Shown here: positions 1 to 12,000 of the stretch, in pieces | How the letters are laid out: each line of letters opens with the position of its first letter | Numbering within the stretch: the stretch's first letter is position 1 | Source: a virus | Reading direction: 5' to 3' (one strand) | DNA length: 64,000 bases | Virus record (IMG/VR): IMGVR_UViG_3300032331_000813 | Span: 20,466-84,465 of that record | Translations under genes and position numbers: made by a program | The notes under the pieces: model-generated | What the model was told of the DNA's origin: nothing | Databases searched by the model: none | Seen by the model: only the letters and a program-made list of their open reading frames with translations

Positions 1-2128
1 AAGTGCAAATCAAGGGGCAGATGTTAAAGTAACATCTAGCGCATCTGCAACATTACCAACTCCACCTAGTCCTACTGTACAAGCAACAAATTCAGCAGTT
101 GCTGATTCTACAGAAACCTCAGTTACTGCATCTATTGCAGCAACTGTTCCTCCGGTAACTCCTATTAGTGAATCACTAGATAAAAATGTTACTGCAACTA
201 TGGTTGCAAGTACAGCAGGTCGAGCCGCAGCAAAAACTCCAAATGTAGTGTCAACTGGTACTGGTGTTATCCCTGATAAAACCGGAAATGTAAATGCAGC
301 CGTTGGATCATTTGCAATGACACCTCAACAAATGGAGGCAGCTATGGTTATAAAACCGGGCTCTGCTGCATTAGTGACTGGACTAGTTCAGAAGGGTTCC
401 AATGTGTCGGCTGCTATGACAAATAATTTGTTCACTGGTGTACCGGGGGCACAAAATTTAAATGCATTCAATCAAAATATAGGTTCACAAGTTGGAGCAC
501 AAATTCAAAATTTCCAACAAGCACAAACTGCATTAACAAAAGTTGGTGCAATAACCGGCAATGAAACTCCTCAATCTATTGCAGGTGTAGTAAATGCTGC
601 TTCTCAAGTTGGAGTACCGGCTACTGCTAACTTCATTCAATCTGCTACTGCAAAACTTAATACAGCTGGTATACCAAACCCAACAAATGGGGTAGGTAGT
701 AATGTAGCGTCGGCAATATCAGCGGGAGGATTTGCATCTGCCTTAGCTACTAATGTCAATTCAGGGGTAGGTTCTATCGCTACATCATTAGGAGGACTAA
801 ATCCAGCAGCCGCTACAGGTAAGGTTAATTTACTTGACTCTGCTAAAGGCATAGCTGGATCAGCTTTTGGTGCAATAACAAGTTCGTTTAAATCATTAAA
901 AGCAGGGGTTCCTCAAGACTTAACTGCAATTGCTAAAACAAACGCAGAAGCACAAGCTGCATCGGAAGCAAGCGCGGCAGCACCAGCAGCAACAGCAATT
1001 GCTGCCGCAACGTCAGCCGCAAATCCCACTGTTGGTTCAGCAGCATCATTATCCGCAGACTTAGCAAAAGCGCAAACTGCAATTAGTGGTGGCGCAGCAA
1101 AATTAGGAATTCCGGGATTAACTGCCACTGCTTCTTCTCTAACATCAACTCTTAGTCCAGGACTAACTAGTTTAGTGGGAAATGCCGGATCAATTACATC
1201 GTCATTGACATCTTCTGCAAGTAGTTTAATACCCAGCAGCAGTAGCATTACTGCATTAGCCGGCGGCACATCAATTGCGGGCGCAGCCGCGGCAGCGAGT
1301 AGTTTAATTCCAACTGGAAGTGGTATCAACGCACTACCAGGTGGAGCAGCAGCCGCAGCTTCTTTTGTGAATAATTCCGGAGCAAGCACTTCAATACCTT
1401 CATCAATCGCCGGAGTTTCTAGTATTTTGAAAAACTCATCAACTAGTGCAATGACTGGAATATCCAATAGTGCTGCGTCATTGAGTAGTGGAATATCAAT
1501 GTCCGCTGGAAACTCTGCTATGTCAACTGCGGTAAATTCAGCTAATTTAAATTCAGCATTGTCTAGCTCAATAGATTCGGGTAAACAAAGTTTATCATCA
1601 TTGACCAGTGCAGGTTTACCCGCAGGTGCAGCCGCTGCATTAGCTGCAAGTGTGAATTCTCTTAACTCTTCTGGACCTTCCCCAATTAAAATGCCAACGA
1701 TAGCAGCAAATACTGTAGATAGAAGTGCATTAGCCGAACAAACTACGTCCGTTTTAAGCAATCCTAAAATACCAGCACCAAACTTCTCAGGAGATATTCC
1801 CACAGTCCCTGCTTCTGCGATTGCTGCAAATAAAGCAAGAGATAAGCGTATAGAGTATTTTAAATTAAAACAATCATATGCGGAAGAAAAAGTCAAACGA
1901 ACAGACGCAATAATGGCTGAGAGAGCCAAATATGAAGCACTTAGGGATAGTCTTCCGGAAGGTGATCCAACAAGAGCAGCAGCCAAAACAGAGATTAATG
2001 CAAAGATCGCAGCATATACTGCTTGGTGGAAAGGCGAAGAAGCTAAAATTGAAACATTAAGGCTAGAAGTTAATGAAGCACAAAGGGCTGAAGGACAAGC
2101 AATATGGAAAGAAGTCACTAACGGTTAA
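1..2128 (+). CDS. 5'-truncated virion protein, probably the C-terminal part of the baseplate hub/central spike (gp5-position) gene; long Ala/Ser/Gly-rich region then a charged helical tail
   Basis: The frame of the 200..2128 ORF is open from base 2 (agt gca aat caa ggg...), so the gene starts before the window. It lies directly upstream of gp25 and gp6 genes, the usual hub/spike position. The product call is by synteny only. Confidence 0.5.
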   Translation, partial: SANQGADVKVTSSASATLPTPPSPTVQATNSAVADSTETSVTASIAATVPPVTPISESLDKNVTATMVASTAGRAAAKTPNVVSTGTGVIPDKTGNVNAAVGSFAMTPQQMEAAMVIKPGSAALVTGLVQKGSNVSAAMTNNLFTGVPGAQNLNAFNQNIGSQVGAQIQNFQQAQTALTKVGAITGNETPQSIAGVVNAASQVGVPATANFIQSATAKLNTAGIPNPTNGVGSNVASAISAGGFASALATNVNSGVGSIATSLGGLNPAAATGKVNLLDSAKGIAGSAFGAITSSFKSLKAGVPQDLTAIAKTNAEAQAASEASAAAPAATAIAAATSAANPTVGSAASLSADLAKAQTAISGGAAKLGIPGLTATASSLTSTLSPGLTSLVGNAGSITSSLTSSASSLIPSSSSITALAGGTSIAGAAAAASSLIPTGSGINALPGGAAAAASFVNNSGASTSIPSSIAGVSSILKNSSTSAMTGISNSAASLSSGISMSAGNSAMSTAVNSANLNSALSSSIDSGKQSLSSLTSAGLPAGAAAALAASVNSLNSSGPSPIKMPTIAANTVDRSALAEQTTSVLSNPKIPAPNFSGDIPTVPASAIAANKARDKRIEYFKLKQSYAEEKVKRTDAIMAERAKYEALRDSLPEGDPTRAAAKTEINAKIAAYTAWWKGEEAKIETLRLEVNEAQRAEGQAIWKEVTNG

Positions 2129-2129
2129 C

Positions 2130-2137
2130 TATAAATA
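2130..2137 (+). promoter_or_regulatory. T4-type late promoter (TATAAATA)
   Basis: Exact TATAAATA in the short intergenic gap, upstream of an AGGA RBS and the gp25-like ATG. Confidence 0.7.
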
Positions 2138-2153
2138 CTTTATAGGATAAAAT

Positions 2154-2603
2154 ATGTCATCATACATTGGATTCAGCACATTAAACTCAAACAAACCTAG
2201 GTCTACTAATCTTCCTACAGGTCCTGCAGGTGGCACAGGTGGTATGGTGAATCCAGTTATAACTGGACATAAATATGGATTAGTTGATTCACCCTTAGTC
2301 ATACAAGATTTACTCAACGCATTGAATATACAGCAAGGTCAAAAAGTAGGTCAACCGGGCTATGGGACCACACTGTGGACATTTGTTTTTGAACCCAACA
2401 CGGCTGATGTTCAGTTTCAATTAGAAACTGAAATACGTAGAGTAGCAAGTCAAGACCCTAGAATAATTTTAAATGGGGTACGTGCTTTCCCTCAAGAAAA
2501 TGGTATATTGCTAGAAATTGAAATGGCAGTAGCACCTTTTAATCAAGCAACTTTACTAAGCGTGTTCTTCAATAGTTCAACAAACACTGCTGTATTGCAA
2601 TAA
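2154..2603 (+). CDS. baseplate wedge subunit, gp25/GPW family
   Basis: 149 aa with the gp25 pattern (YIGFST...QDLLNALNIQQGQKVGQPGYGTTLWTFVFEP...DPRI); immediately upstream of a gp6-like gene. Confidence 0.85.
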   Translation: MSSYIGFSTLNSNKPRSTNLPTGPAGGTGGMVNPVITGHKYGLVDSPLVIQDLLNALNIQQGQKVGQPGYGTTLWTFVFEPNTADVQFQLETEIRRVASQDPRIILNGVRAFPQENGILLEIEMAVAPFNQATLLSVFFNSSTNTAVLQ

Positions 2604-2630
2604 CCCTAAAAAAAGCATATTCTTAGGTAT

Positions 2631-2638
2631 GATAAATA
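2631..2638 (+). promoter_or_regulatory. late-promoter-like motif (GATAAATA)
   Basis: TAAATA core 17 nt upstream of the gp6-like ATG; the same core recurs in most intergenic gaps. Confidence 0.5.
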
Positions 2639-2655
2639 CTTAAAAGAGAATATCT

Positions 2656-5600
2656 ATGGCTACAAGTTCAAGACAATCAGCAATATTTGGGGTTAATGAC
2701 TGGAAAACCATCTACCAAACGTTCCAGCAAGCAGATTTTCGTAGTTACGACTATGAAACCCTACGCAAAAGTTTCATAGATTATCTACGCTTATACTATC
2801 CTGAAACCTTCAATGACTATATTGAAAGTTCAGAATTCATTGCATTGCTTGACGTTATGGCATTTATGGGTCAAGGTCTTGCGTTCCGTAACGACTTAAA
2901 TTCCCGTGAAAACTTTATTGATACTGCTGAACGTAGAGATAGTGTTATCAAATTAGCTAACTTAGTAAGCTATACTCCAAAGAGAAATTTAACTGCACAG
3001 GGTTATTTAAAAGTAACAAGTATACGCACAACTCAGAATTTAGTTGACTTAAATGGATTTAACTTAAGTAATGTTCCTATATTATGGAATGACCCCGCTA
3101 ACCCAAATTGGTTAGAACAGTATAATACAATCATCAATGCTACACTAGCAAACACACAAAAAGTGGGTTTACCTGGGAACACCGCTCAAATTTTAGGTGT
3201 AAAAACTGACGAATATACAATACAAATACCAGCAAATACTACCCCAGTCATTCCATTCTCGTCTACTGTTAACGGTATGAATATGGGATTTGAATTGTGT
3301 AGCGTAACTACAGTAGGTGAAGATTACGTGTATGAGTTGCCACCTGGCCCTACCAATAGATTCAATATGTTATATCGTAATGACAAATTAGGTTACGGTA
3401 GCCCAAACACAGGATTCTTCTTTTACTTTAAGCAAGGTTCATTGCAAAATTTTGACTTTAGTTTGCAAAATCAAATATCTAACCAAGTAATTAATATTGG
3501 CGATATTCAAGGTGTTAATAACACTGACGCATGGCTATATCAAATAAGTCAAACTAATGGTGCGTTTGGATTATGGAAAAAAGTAGATAATATTTACGCT
3601 GACGCTTATTTACAAACTGAATCATCAGTTAGAACTATATTTTCAGTCAACAGCAGATTTAATGACCAAGTAACTTATATATTTGGTGATGGCGTATTCA
3701 GTGAAATACCAATTGGTAATTTTAGATCGTTTGTTCGTGCCGGTAATGCATTGACTTACACAATTCAACCTACCGAAATGCAAGGCATTTCAATTGCTAT
3801 CAGTTATGTTAATCGTGTTGGTCGCACAGAAACATTGACAGTTGGGTTAAGTTTACAAACTCCAGTGACTAATGCTCAAGTTAGAGAATCATTGGCTGAA
3901 ATTAAACAACGTGCTCCAAGTCGTTACTACACACAGAATCGTATGGTTAACGGAGAAGATTATAACAACTTCCCTTATACTTTGTATAGTTCTATTATCA
4001 AATCAAAATCTATTAATCGTAGTAGCGTAGGTGTAAGCAAAAATCTAGACTTACTTGATCCTACAGGTAAATACTCAAGCACTAACAGTTATGCAAACGA
4101 CGGTGGCATTTGGTTAAATGATACTGAAGGATTTTCATTATTAAACATCACTGATACCGCTAACATAATTTCGTTTTTGACAGGCACACTTGCAGCTATA
4201 TTATCTGATAGCGGGTCACAACAATACTATACTCAGAATTATCCTAGGTATGCAGTTACTACAAGTTCAGATGATGGTAGAGTATATTGGAATACTAGTA
4301 CAGTAGATGCAAATAGTTTAACTGGTTATTTTTATAATAAATTAAATGGTTCAAATGTGCCAATTGCTGCAGGTATATATTCTACTATCAATTTAAAATA
4401 TGTAACACAAGGTGCAATATTGAAATTTGTAGCACCACCTAGTTACTATTTTGATAAAAATAATAGGCTAGTGTACGGCATTGCAGGACCGTCTGATGTA
4501 AATCATATATGGATTACTGTATTAAATGTAGTTGGCGACGGGTACAATAATGGATTAGGTCAGTTTGCTAATGGAACTGGTCCAATAACATTGAATGGAT
4601 TTGTACCAACAGGTGCAGTGTTAACAACAGTAATTCCTGCTTTCAGTAACACGTTGCCTAACACGGTTGTACAAGAATGTATTGTTAGACTAGAGTTACA
4701 ACAAAATTTTACTCTAGTGTTTAACAACGCACTAACTATTGTAGAAGATAGATGGAGTGTAGATTTATATTCTAGTTCTAATTATTTTGTAAAATTTACA
4801 AGTGTGGGATACAATCGTTACACCGTTACCTATCGTTCGTTGAAATACTATTTTGGTAGTGTAGCAGATACTAGGTTTACATATGAATCTGGAAAATTAG
4901 TATATGATCCGTTCTCTGGCGTGATTCTACAAGACTTTGTTAAAGTTTTAGAAACTAATACTCAACCAGATTCTAATTACCCTCTAAGCAATTCTATCTC
5001 TGCAAGTATCATTGGTCAAACAGTTGAGACTGATGGTTATATTAATGATTTTGAAGTTGAAGTTGCTAGTATTGACGTAAACAACAGAACCATAATTAAT
5101 AACCCTGACTTCTTTAATGAAATTACTGGATATGTTACTGGTAACTCTAACATTGGGATATACACTTTCTTTGAAGAAGTACAAGATGCCATTAACTTGA
5201 CTCGCACTCAACTAATAGCTAGTAGTACAGTAGCATATCAATATGCTACAACCACTCAGATTGAAGTTGTTAAGTATGATTATCCCGAAGGTCAATTGTT
5301 CTATGCATACAATGAAAATGTATTTTATATAACTGTTCAAGATCCTACTGTCACTACACCTGCTTACAGTTTAGTAACGCAATCAAGATACAGTATGGCA
5401 TATGGTCGTCAAGGGTTGCAATTTCAATATCGTCATAACAGTAATAATACCACACGTATTGATCCTGCAACAACTAATATTATTGACCTATATGTAGTTA
5501 CGCAAGCATACTATACACAATATCAGAATTATATACAAGATATTACAAATACTGTACCAATGCCGGCAAGACCAACTATCAATGATTTGGCAGCAGCATA

Positions 5601-6030
5601 TCCTCAAATACAAGATTACAAAATGTTAACTGATAGCTGTATTTTAAATAGTGTTGTTTTTAAACCTTTGTTTGGACCCAAAGCTGCATCAGCATTAAGA
5701 GCAACTATAAAAGTTATTAAAAATAGTAGTACAAACGCCAGTGATAGTGAAATTCGTAGTGCTGTATTAACTTCAATGAATAGTTATTTTAATATTAATA
5801 ATTGGAATTTTGGTGACACTTTTTACTTTAGTGAATTGAGTGCATACATACATTCTGAAATAGGAGAATATGTAAGTTCTTGCGTATTAGTACCTAATGA
5901 CCCTAACTTAAAATTTGGAGATTTATATGAAATTAAATGTTTACCTTACGAGATTTTTGTAAACGCTGCAACCTCAAATGATGTAATCGTTATTGCTGCT
6001 TTAACACCAGCTGAATTACAAATAGCATAA
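2656..6030 (+). CDS. baseplate wedge protein, T4 gp6-like
   Basis: N-terminal gp6 signature (DYETLRKSFIDYLR...ENFIDTAERRDSVIKLANLVSYTPKR), FGDG motif, ESLAEIKQRAP...QNRMVNGEDY motif, and C-terminal WNFGDTFYFSEL. Confidence 0.85.
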   Translation: MATSSRQSAIFGVNDWKTIYQTFQQADFRSYDYETLRKSFIDYLRLYYPETFNDYIESSEFIALLDVMAFMGQGLAFRNDLNSRENFIDTAERRDSVIKLANLVSYTPKRNLTAQGYLKVTSIRTTQNLVDLNGFNLSNVPILWNDPANPNWLEQYNTIINATLANTQKVGLPGNTAQILGVKTDEYTIQIPANTTPVIPFSSTVNGMNMGFELCSVTTVGEDYVYELPPGPTNRFNMLYRNDKLGYGSPNTGFFFYFKQGSLQNFDFSLQNQISNQVINIGDIQGVNNTDAWLYQISQTNGAFGLWKKVDNIYADAYLQTESSVRTIFSVNSRFNDQVTYIFGDGVFSEIPIGNFRSFVRAGNALTYTIQPTEMQGISIAISYVNRVGRTETLTVGLSLQTPVTNAQVRESLAEIKQRAPSRYYTQNRMVNGEDYNNFPYTLYSSIIKSKSINRSSVGVSKNLDLLDPTGKYSSTNSYANDGGIWLNDTEGFSLLNITDTANIISFLTGTLAAILSDSGSQQYYTQNYPRYAVTTSSDDGRVYWNTSTVDANSLTGYFYNKLNGSNVPIAAGIYSTINLKYVTQGAILKFVAPPSYYFDKNNRLVYGIAGPSDVNHIWITVLNVVGDGYNNGLGQFANGTGPITLNGFVPTGAVLTTVIPAFSNTLPNTVVQECIVRLELQQNFTLVFNNALTIVEDRWSVDLYSSSNYFVKFTSVGYNRYTVTYRSLKYYFGSVADTRFTYESGKLVYDPFSGVILQDFVKVLETNTQPDSNYPLSNSISASIIGQTVETDGYINDFEVEVASIDVNNRTIINNPDFFNEITGYVTGNSNIGIYTFFEEVQDAINLTRTQLIASSTVAYQYATTTQIEVVKYDYPEGQLFYAYNENVFYITVQDPTVTTPAYSLVTQSRYSMAYGRQGLQFQYRHNSNNTTRIDPATTNIIDLYVVTQAYYTQYQNYIQDITNTVPMPARPTINDLAAAYPQIQDYKMLTDSCILNSVVFKPLFGPKAASALRATIKVIKNSSTNASDSEIRSAVLTSMNSYFNINNWNFGDTFYFSELSAYIHSEIGEYVSSCVLVPNDPNLKFGDLYEIKCLPYEIFVNAATSNDVIVIAALTPAELQIA

Positions 6031-6052
6031 GTAGTAATAGAGATTTTAAAAT

Positions 6053-9000
6053 ATGGCAACAAGAATTAGAACATTAAATTTTCTTCCAGAAATATTTAAA
6101 ACACCAACCAATAATCAATTTTTATCAGCAACATTAGATCAATTAGTTGCTCAACCCAATACGGAAAAGATAGAAGGTTATGTTGGTAGTAAATTTGGAT
6201 ATGGTGTAAATCCAAACGATAATTATGTAACTGAACCAACAAAAATTAGAACAGATTATCAATTAGATCCGGGTGTAGTTTTCTTAAAAGAAAATGATAC
6301 TACTGCAAAAGATTTTATTAGCTATCCGGGCATCATTGATGCATTAAAATTAAAAGGTGGTATAACTGAAGATAACAGTAGACTTTTTAATAATCAATTT
6401 TATTCATGGGATTCTTTTACTGATTTAGATAAAATCATTAACTTTAGTCAGTACTATTGGGTACCTAATGGACCAGAAAGAGTTGTAGTACAATCAAGTG
6501 CAATTTATAGTTCGGTACAGTATAATGTACAATCAGAGACTGCATATTATGTAATTTCATCTAATGAAACTTCACCTGAAATTAATCCGACACTTACACT
6601 GTTAAGGGGCGGTACTTACACATTTAAAGTAAATCAAGATTCTAATTTTTGGATACAAGGCGTTCCTGGATTGACTGGATATAGTCCTGTACAAAGAAAT
6701 TTACAAACACGTAACGTTTATGGTGTTGAGAATAATGGAATAAAAGATGGTACTGTTACCTTTACTGTACCACCCAAAGATGCATTAAGTGAATATTATT
6801 TTGTAAACTCTACTACAGTTGATGTAGTGTCTACTTTACCATTTGCTCAAGTTAATGGTGCAACTGTAGATTCTATTGGTGGTATTGATGGTGTTACTGA
6901 ATTAGACGGATTGACCGTAATGTTCTACAACACTGGAGTAGAAAATGAGATAGCTTATACTAATCAATTTTTTGATCAAACACAGTTTGATGAAGAAGGC
7001 GGTGTACCTTATACTAATTCTTCTCAAAGAATAACAAAAACTATTACTGATAGTAATAGTTTAACCAATGAATTTACTTATATAAACGATACTGGAATTA
7101 GTGACTTTCAAGCGAATGATGCTATAACTTTTGTAGGAACATTAATTGGCGGGGTTGTTAAAAACAAAACATATTATGTAAAAGAAATTACATCTTCAAA
7201 CACGTTTACTATATCATCAACAGTTAATGGAAATGTTGTTGAATTGACAGATGCTACCGGTGGTAGTATGACTGTAAGAATACAAACTAGTTATCCTGGC
7301 ACTGATATTTTTGATAATAACTTTGAAGGTGGATTCTATAATCAAGTAAGTAGAAATTTTTATTCAGTTACGTTATTAGGTGATGTAGATAATCCAGTAA
7401 TTCAATTAACTCGCTTATCTTCTATCCCTGCTAAAACTACTATCACTGCTGAGTTTGGAGCACAATGGGCTTCAATTAATTTCTTTCAAAATTCATTAGG
7501 TGAAATTCAACTTCAACCATATAACAGTGCTATACTAGATACATTGTATTATCAAGATGCGACTACTTTATCTAAGGTAGGTCAACTTAGAATAATTGAC
7601 GATAACTATACTAATTATATTGACGTTGATTTTGATATTTTGGGAAAGAAAAACTATACGGCACCAAATGGTGTAGTATTTACCAATGGATTAAAAATTA
7701 TATTCCAAGGTAATATCTATCCATCTAAGTATGAAAACGTAGAATATTATGTAGAAGGCGTGGGCAGTGCAATTGAATTGATTCCGGTTGCTACTTTAAT
7801 ATCTCCGGGATTGTTTACCTCAGGTGAGTATACTCCTTACGACTCTACCCCTTATGATTTGGGTAACTATGATTCTAATTTATATGTTCCTATCAATCCA
7901 GATTATCTTACTATTGCTAGAAATTCTATCAATAGAAATGCATGGTCAAGAAGTAATCGTTGGTTTCACATTGACGTAATTAATGCAACGGCTGCATATA
8001 ATAACACACCTTCTTTAATAACAGAATACACAAATTTAGAAAATAAAGCAAAACGACCAATTATTGAATTTTATCCTAACATAAAATTATTTGATTCTGG
8101 TGCAGTAGGTAAAGATCCTATAGATTTTATTGATACTAGGACTACAGATGCATTTACATATGTAGCTGGTCAATCCTCATATTTTCCAGATGTTGCCGGT
8201 TATACAGGTTATAATGCTACGATTGCACCAGTTACCTTAGCAGACACCTCAGTGATAGCAACAAACGTATATGGATATACTGATACTATAGCTGTAAGTA
8301 GTGTTACAGGTTTATATGTCAATGACACCATAAGATTCACTGTTCCTATAATTAATGCTGTCTCACTTGTTGTTGGAAAAACATATGTTATAAACACACT
8401 TGGTTCTACTAATTTTACACTAGTTGGAGCATTATCAAATACAGTAGGAACATCTTTTGTTGCTACTGGAGTAGGAACTGGCACCGGTACTGCAACTACG
8501 TTTGGAGGACTTACACCAAACACTACTTACTATATAACTAGTATAGAAACAAATGTTCAAGTAAGTTCTAATGTGTTTAAAGATTTGATTACTGTCTCTT
8601 TAACTAGACAGGGTGTAAATGTAAATCTATCAAACTCAGATACATTGAGTATTGCCACATCAATATATCATTACAGTACTTCTATTACAGTTCCTACTAG
8701 TAGTATATCTGGGCTATTTGAAAAGAATCAATACGTATCAGACTCGACCAATTATCTACCTAGTGTAACATTAATAAGTAATGTAACAACGGTCAATGAT
8801 AACACTATAATAACTGTTACTTGGACAGTTCAAGCAGTTATTCCTGCAACTTCAATTGCTTCAATTGTCTCTGCTGATACTCCATTAGATAATTATGGAT
8901 TATTTGATGGTGCTAGAATTGTGTTTGCAGCAGAGACTACTGATTCAGTTAGGAATAAAATATATATTTCTAGATTTGCTTCAATAACTCCAAATGGAAC

Positions 9001-12000
9001 TCCTTTAATTACTTTGGTTGAAGCAGAAGATGGACTAGTATTACCAAACGAACAAACTGCGGTATATAGAGGTTATAACTACACCGGTAAAGATTTTTAT
9101 TATACTGGTATTGAATGGGTAGAAGGTCAGCAAAAAATAACAACTAATCAAGCACCCAAGTTTGACCTGTTTGATAAAAATGGAGTAAGTTTGGGAGACC
9201 CTGATGTATACAATGGAACATCATTTACAGGTTGTACATTGTTTGCGTATAGCATAGGTACAGGAAATGATGATTCTGTGTTAGGTTTCCCGTTAAGCTA
9301 TAGTTCTGTTGCAAATTTAGGTGATATTAATTTTGATGTAACTTTAAATTCAAACACATTTAACTATGTATATGGAACAACTGCGGTTACTGAAAAAGTA
9401 AACATTGGGTATGTTTATAACTATACCACAACTGAAAATTTTGTAAGACAAATAGGATGGCAGACTGCGGTATCTCCTAGTGTTCAATATCAAATTTTTG
9501 ACATTGCTTGGACATACTTAAGTCCAAACATTGAATTTACATGCGACATTGCACCAATCGCTTCTAACAAAACTAATTGGCCTACTGTTCAAGTATACAT
9601 TAATAATACATATTTAGAACCTTCAAAGTATACAGTAACTACAACCGCAACTACTACAACAGTAACTATACCTGATATTAATTATACTTTATCTACTGAA
9701 TTTACTGTACAAATTTTAATACTAAGTGACCAAGTAAGTCAAACTGCTTACTATCAGACACCTGACAACTTAAACAATAATCCATTCAATGATGAGATTA
9801 CCAAAGTCAATGTAGGGGACATACGCGGTCAATATCAAAGTATTTTCTATAACAATCCGTTTACTACTGGTCAAATATTTGGTTCAAACAACTATCGTGA
9901 TTTGGGTAATTTAGTTCCATGGGGTAATAGAATTATTCAAAATAGTGCTTCATTAGTGTTGCCAGCAACATTCTTACGTAATCAAAGCCATGATTTATTC
10001 AATGCATTATTATACAATAGCAGACAGTATATTACTTTTAAAACATTATTAGTTGATACAGTAGACAAATCAAACTATACAATTGATTGGACTCCGGCAG
10101 CAATGTTAGATGACACATTGCAACAAATGAATTTATCACATTCAAATGAACAACCGTTCTTTTGGAGTGATATGGTTCCGTCGAAATCTCCTCTAGTAGC
10201 AAACTCATACTATTTTGCAAATCCTTTAGATACAAGCCGTTATCCATTGACTAGAATTTATGATTTTTCTGTAGCAAATTATTATAGCGTGTTGGTATAT
10301 TTGATTCGTGACGAGGAAGAAACTCAGTTAATTAAAAACGTTGATTATACGATAAGCACAGATAGCCCTTCATTGGTTGTTACATTAGATTTATTGGCTA
10401 ATGACACAATCATAATCAAAGAATACAATCAAACATATGGAAGCTATGTTCCTAATACTCCAACTAAGTTGGGACTATATCCAGCAACAATTCCTAGCGT
10501 AACATTAGATACTGCGTATACACAACCAACATATTTTATTGTTGGACATGATGGCTCATATAATAGACTATACGGAGATTATAATGCTGAAACAAATACT
10601 TTAGTAGATTTTAGAGACCAAGTATTACTTGAGTATGAAACTCGTGTATATAACAATTTGAAGTTAAGCGAAACTGTACCTGCAGGTTCTTACTCAGGAG
10701 TTTTATTACCTGGATTTTTTAGAGACACGGATTATACCTATGATGAGTTCATGCAAATATACAGTGAATCATTTTTAGATTGGGTAGGTCAAAATAGAGT
10801 AGATTATAAAATACAGTATTACAATAAATCAAATCAGTATACTTACAACTATCGTGATAGTGGTAATAAATTAAATAGTATACCTATACAACAAGGTTAT
10901 TTCAGGGGAATATATTTATATTTTTATGATACCACAACACCAAATGCTACGCCGTGGGAAATGTTAGGTTTTGTAAATATGCCAACTTGGTGGGAAACTA
11001 GATATGGTCCCGCACCATACACAAGTGATAACTTGGTGTTATGGGGAGATTTAGAAAAAGGTTATGTATGGAACGACGGTAATCCTTACATAAAACCACA
11101 ATATGCACGTGCCGGGTTAACAGATGTAATACCGGTCGATAGTAACGGTGCATTAATAACACCAATGATTTCAGTTTTAGGAAATTATAATGAATATACA
11201 TTCCAACGTGATTGGAAAGTAGGCGACGTTGGCCCGGCAGAATTTAGTTATCGTAGAAGTAGTAGTTGGCCATTTGATTTGATGCGTATTCTAGCATTAA
11301 CAAAACCAGCAGATTTCTTTAATTTGGGAGTTGATGTTGACAATTACAAATACAATGCTGAATTTAATCAATACTTAGTTAATGACAGAAGTCATTTGGT
11401 AATTAGTGATGTACCTATTTATGGGTTAGGTACTCCTGCAACTAGCTATATCAATTGGATAGTTGATTATGAGAAACAAGTTGGAGTTGACGCCACTACT
11501 AATATAAGCACATTGTTAGATAATTTAGATGTTCGTTTAGTATATCGTTTAGCAGGATTTAGTGATAAAAACCTTCTTCAATTCTATGTAGAAAAGAGTT
11601 CTGCCAACAGTAATAATAGTTCATTACTAATTCCTGACGAAAGCTATCAAGTATTATTATACGAAAATCAACCATTTGATAGAATCGTATACTCTGGGGT
11701 CGTAGTACAAATAACTGAAAATGGTTATAAAGTTTATGGTAATAGTCAGACTAATGCATATTTCAAAACAGTAGTTCCTAAAGCTACTAATATCACAGAC
11801 AAAATTACAGTAGAAAATTTGTCGGTAGATGTAATTACTGATTTTTATAATATCACGGCAACTATTCCATATGGTATTGAATTTTATAACGTGCAACAAG
11901 TATCACAGTTTTTAATTAGTTATGGACAACATTTAACTAATCAAGGTATGGTATTTGAAAATGTAGAAAATGGAGTACCTGTTACTTGGAGACAGATGGT

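Noticed and set aside
913-2118. 401-aa minus-strand ORF
   Set aside because: It is the antisense shadow of the Ala/Ser-rich plus-strand gene; biased codons leave few reverse-strand stops, and it has no motif or RBS.
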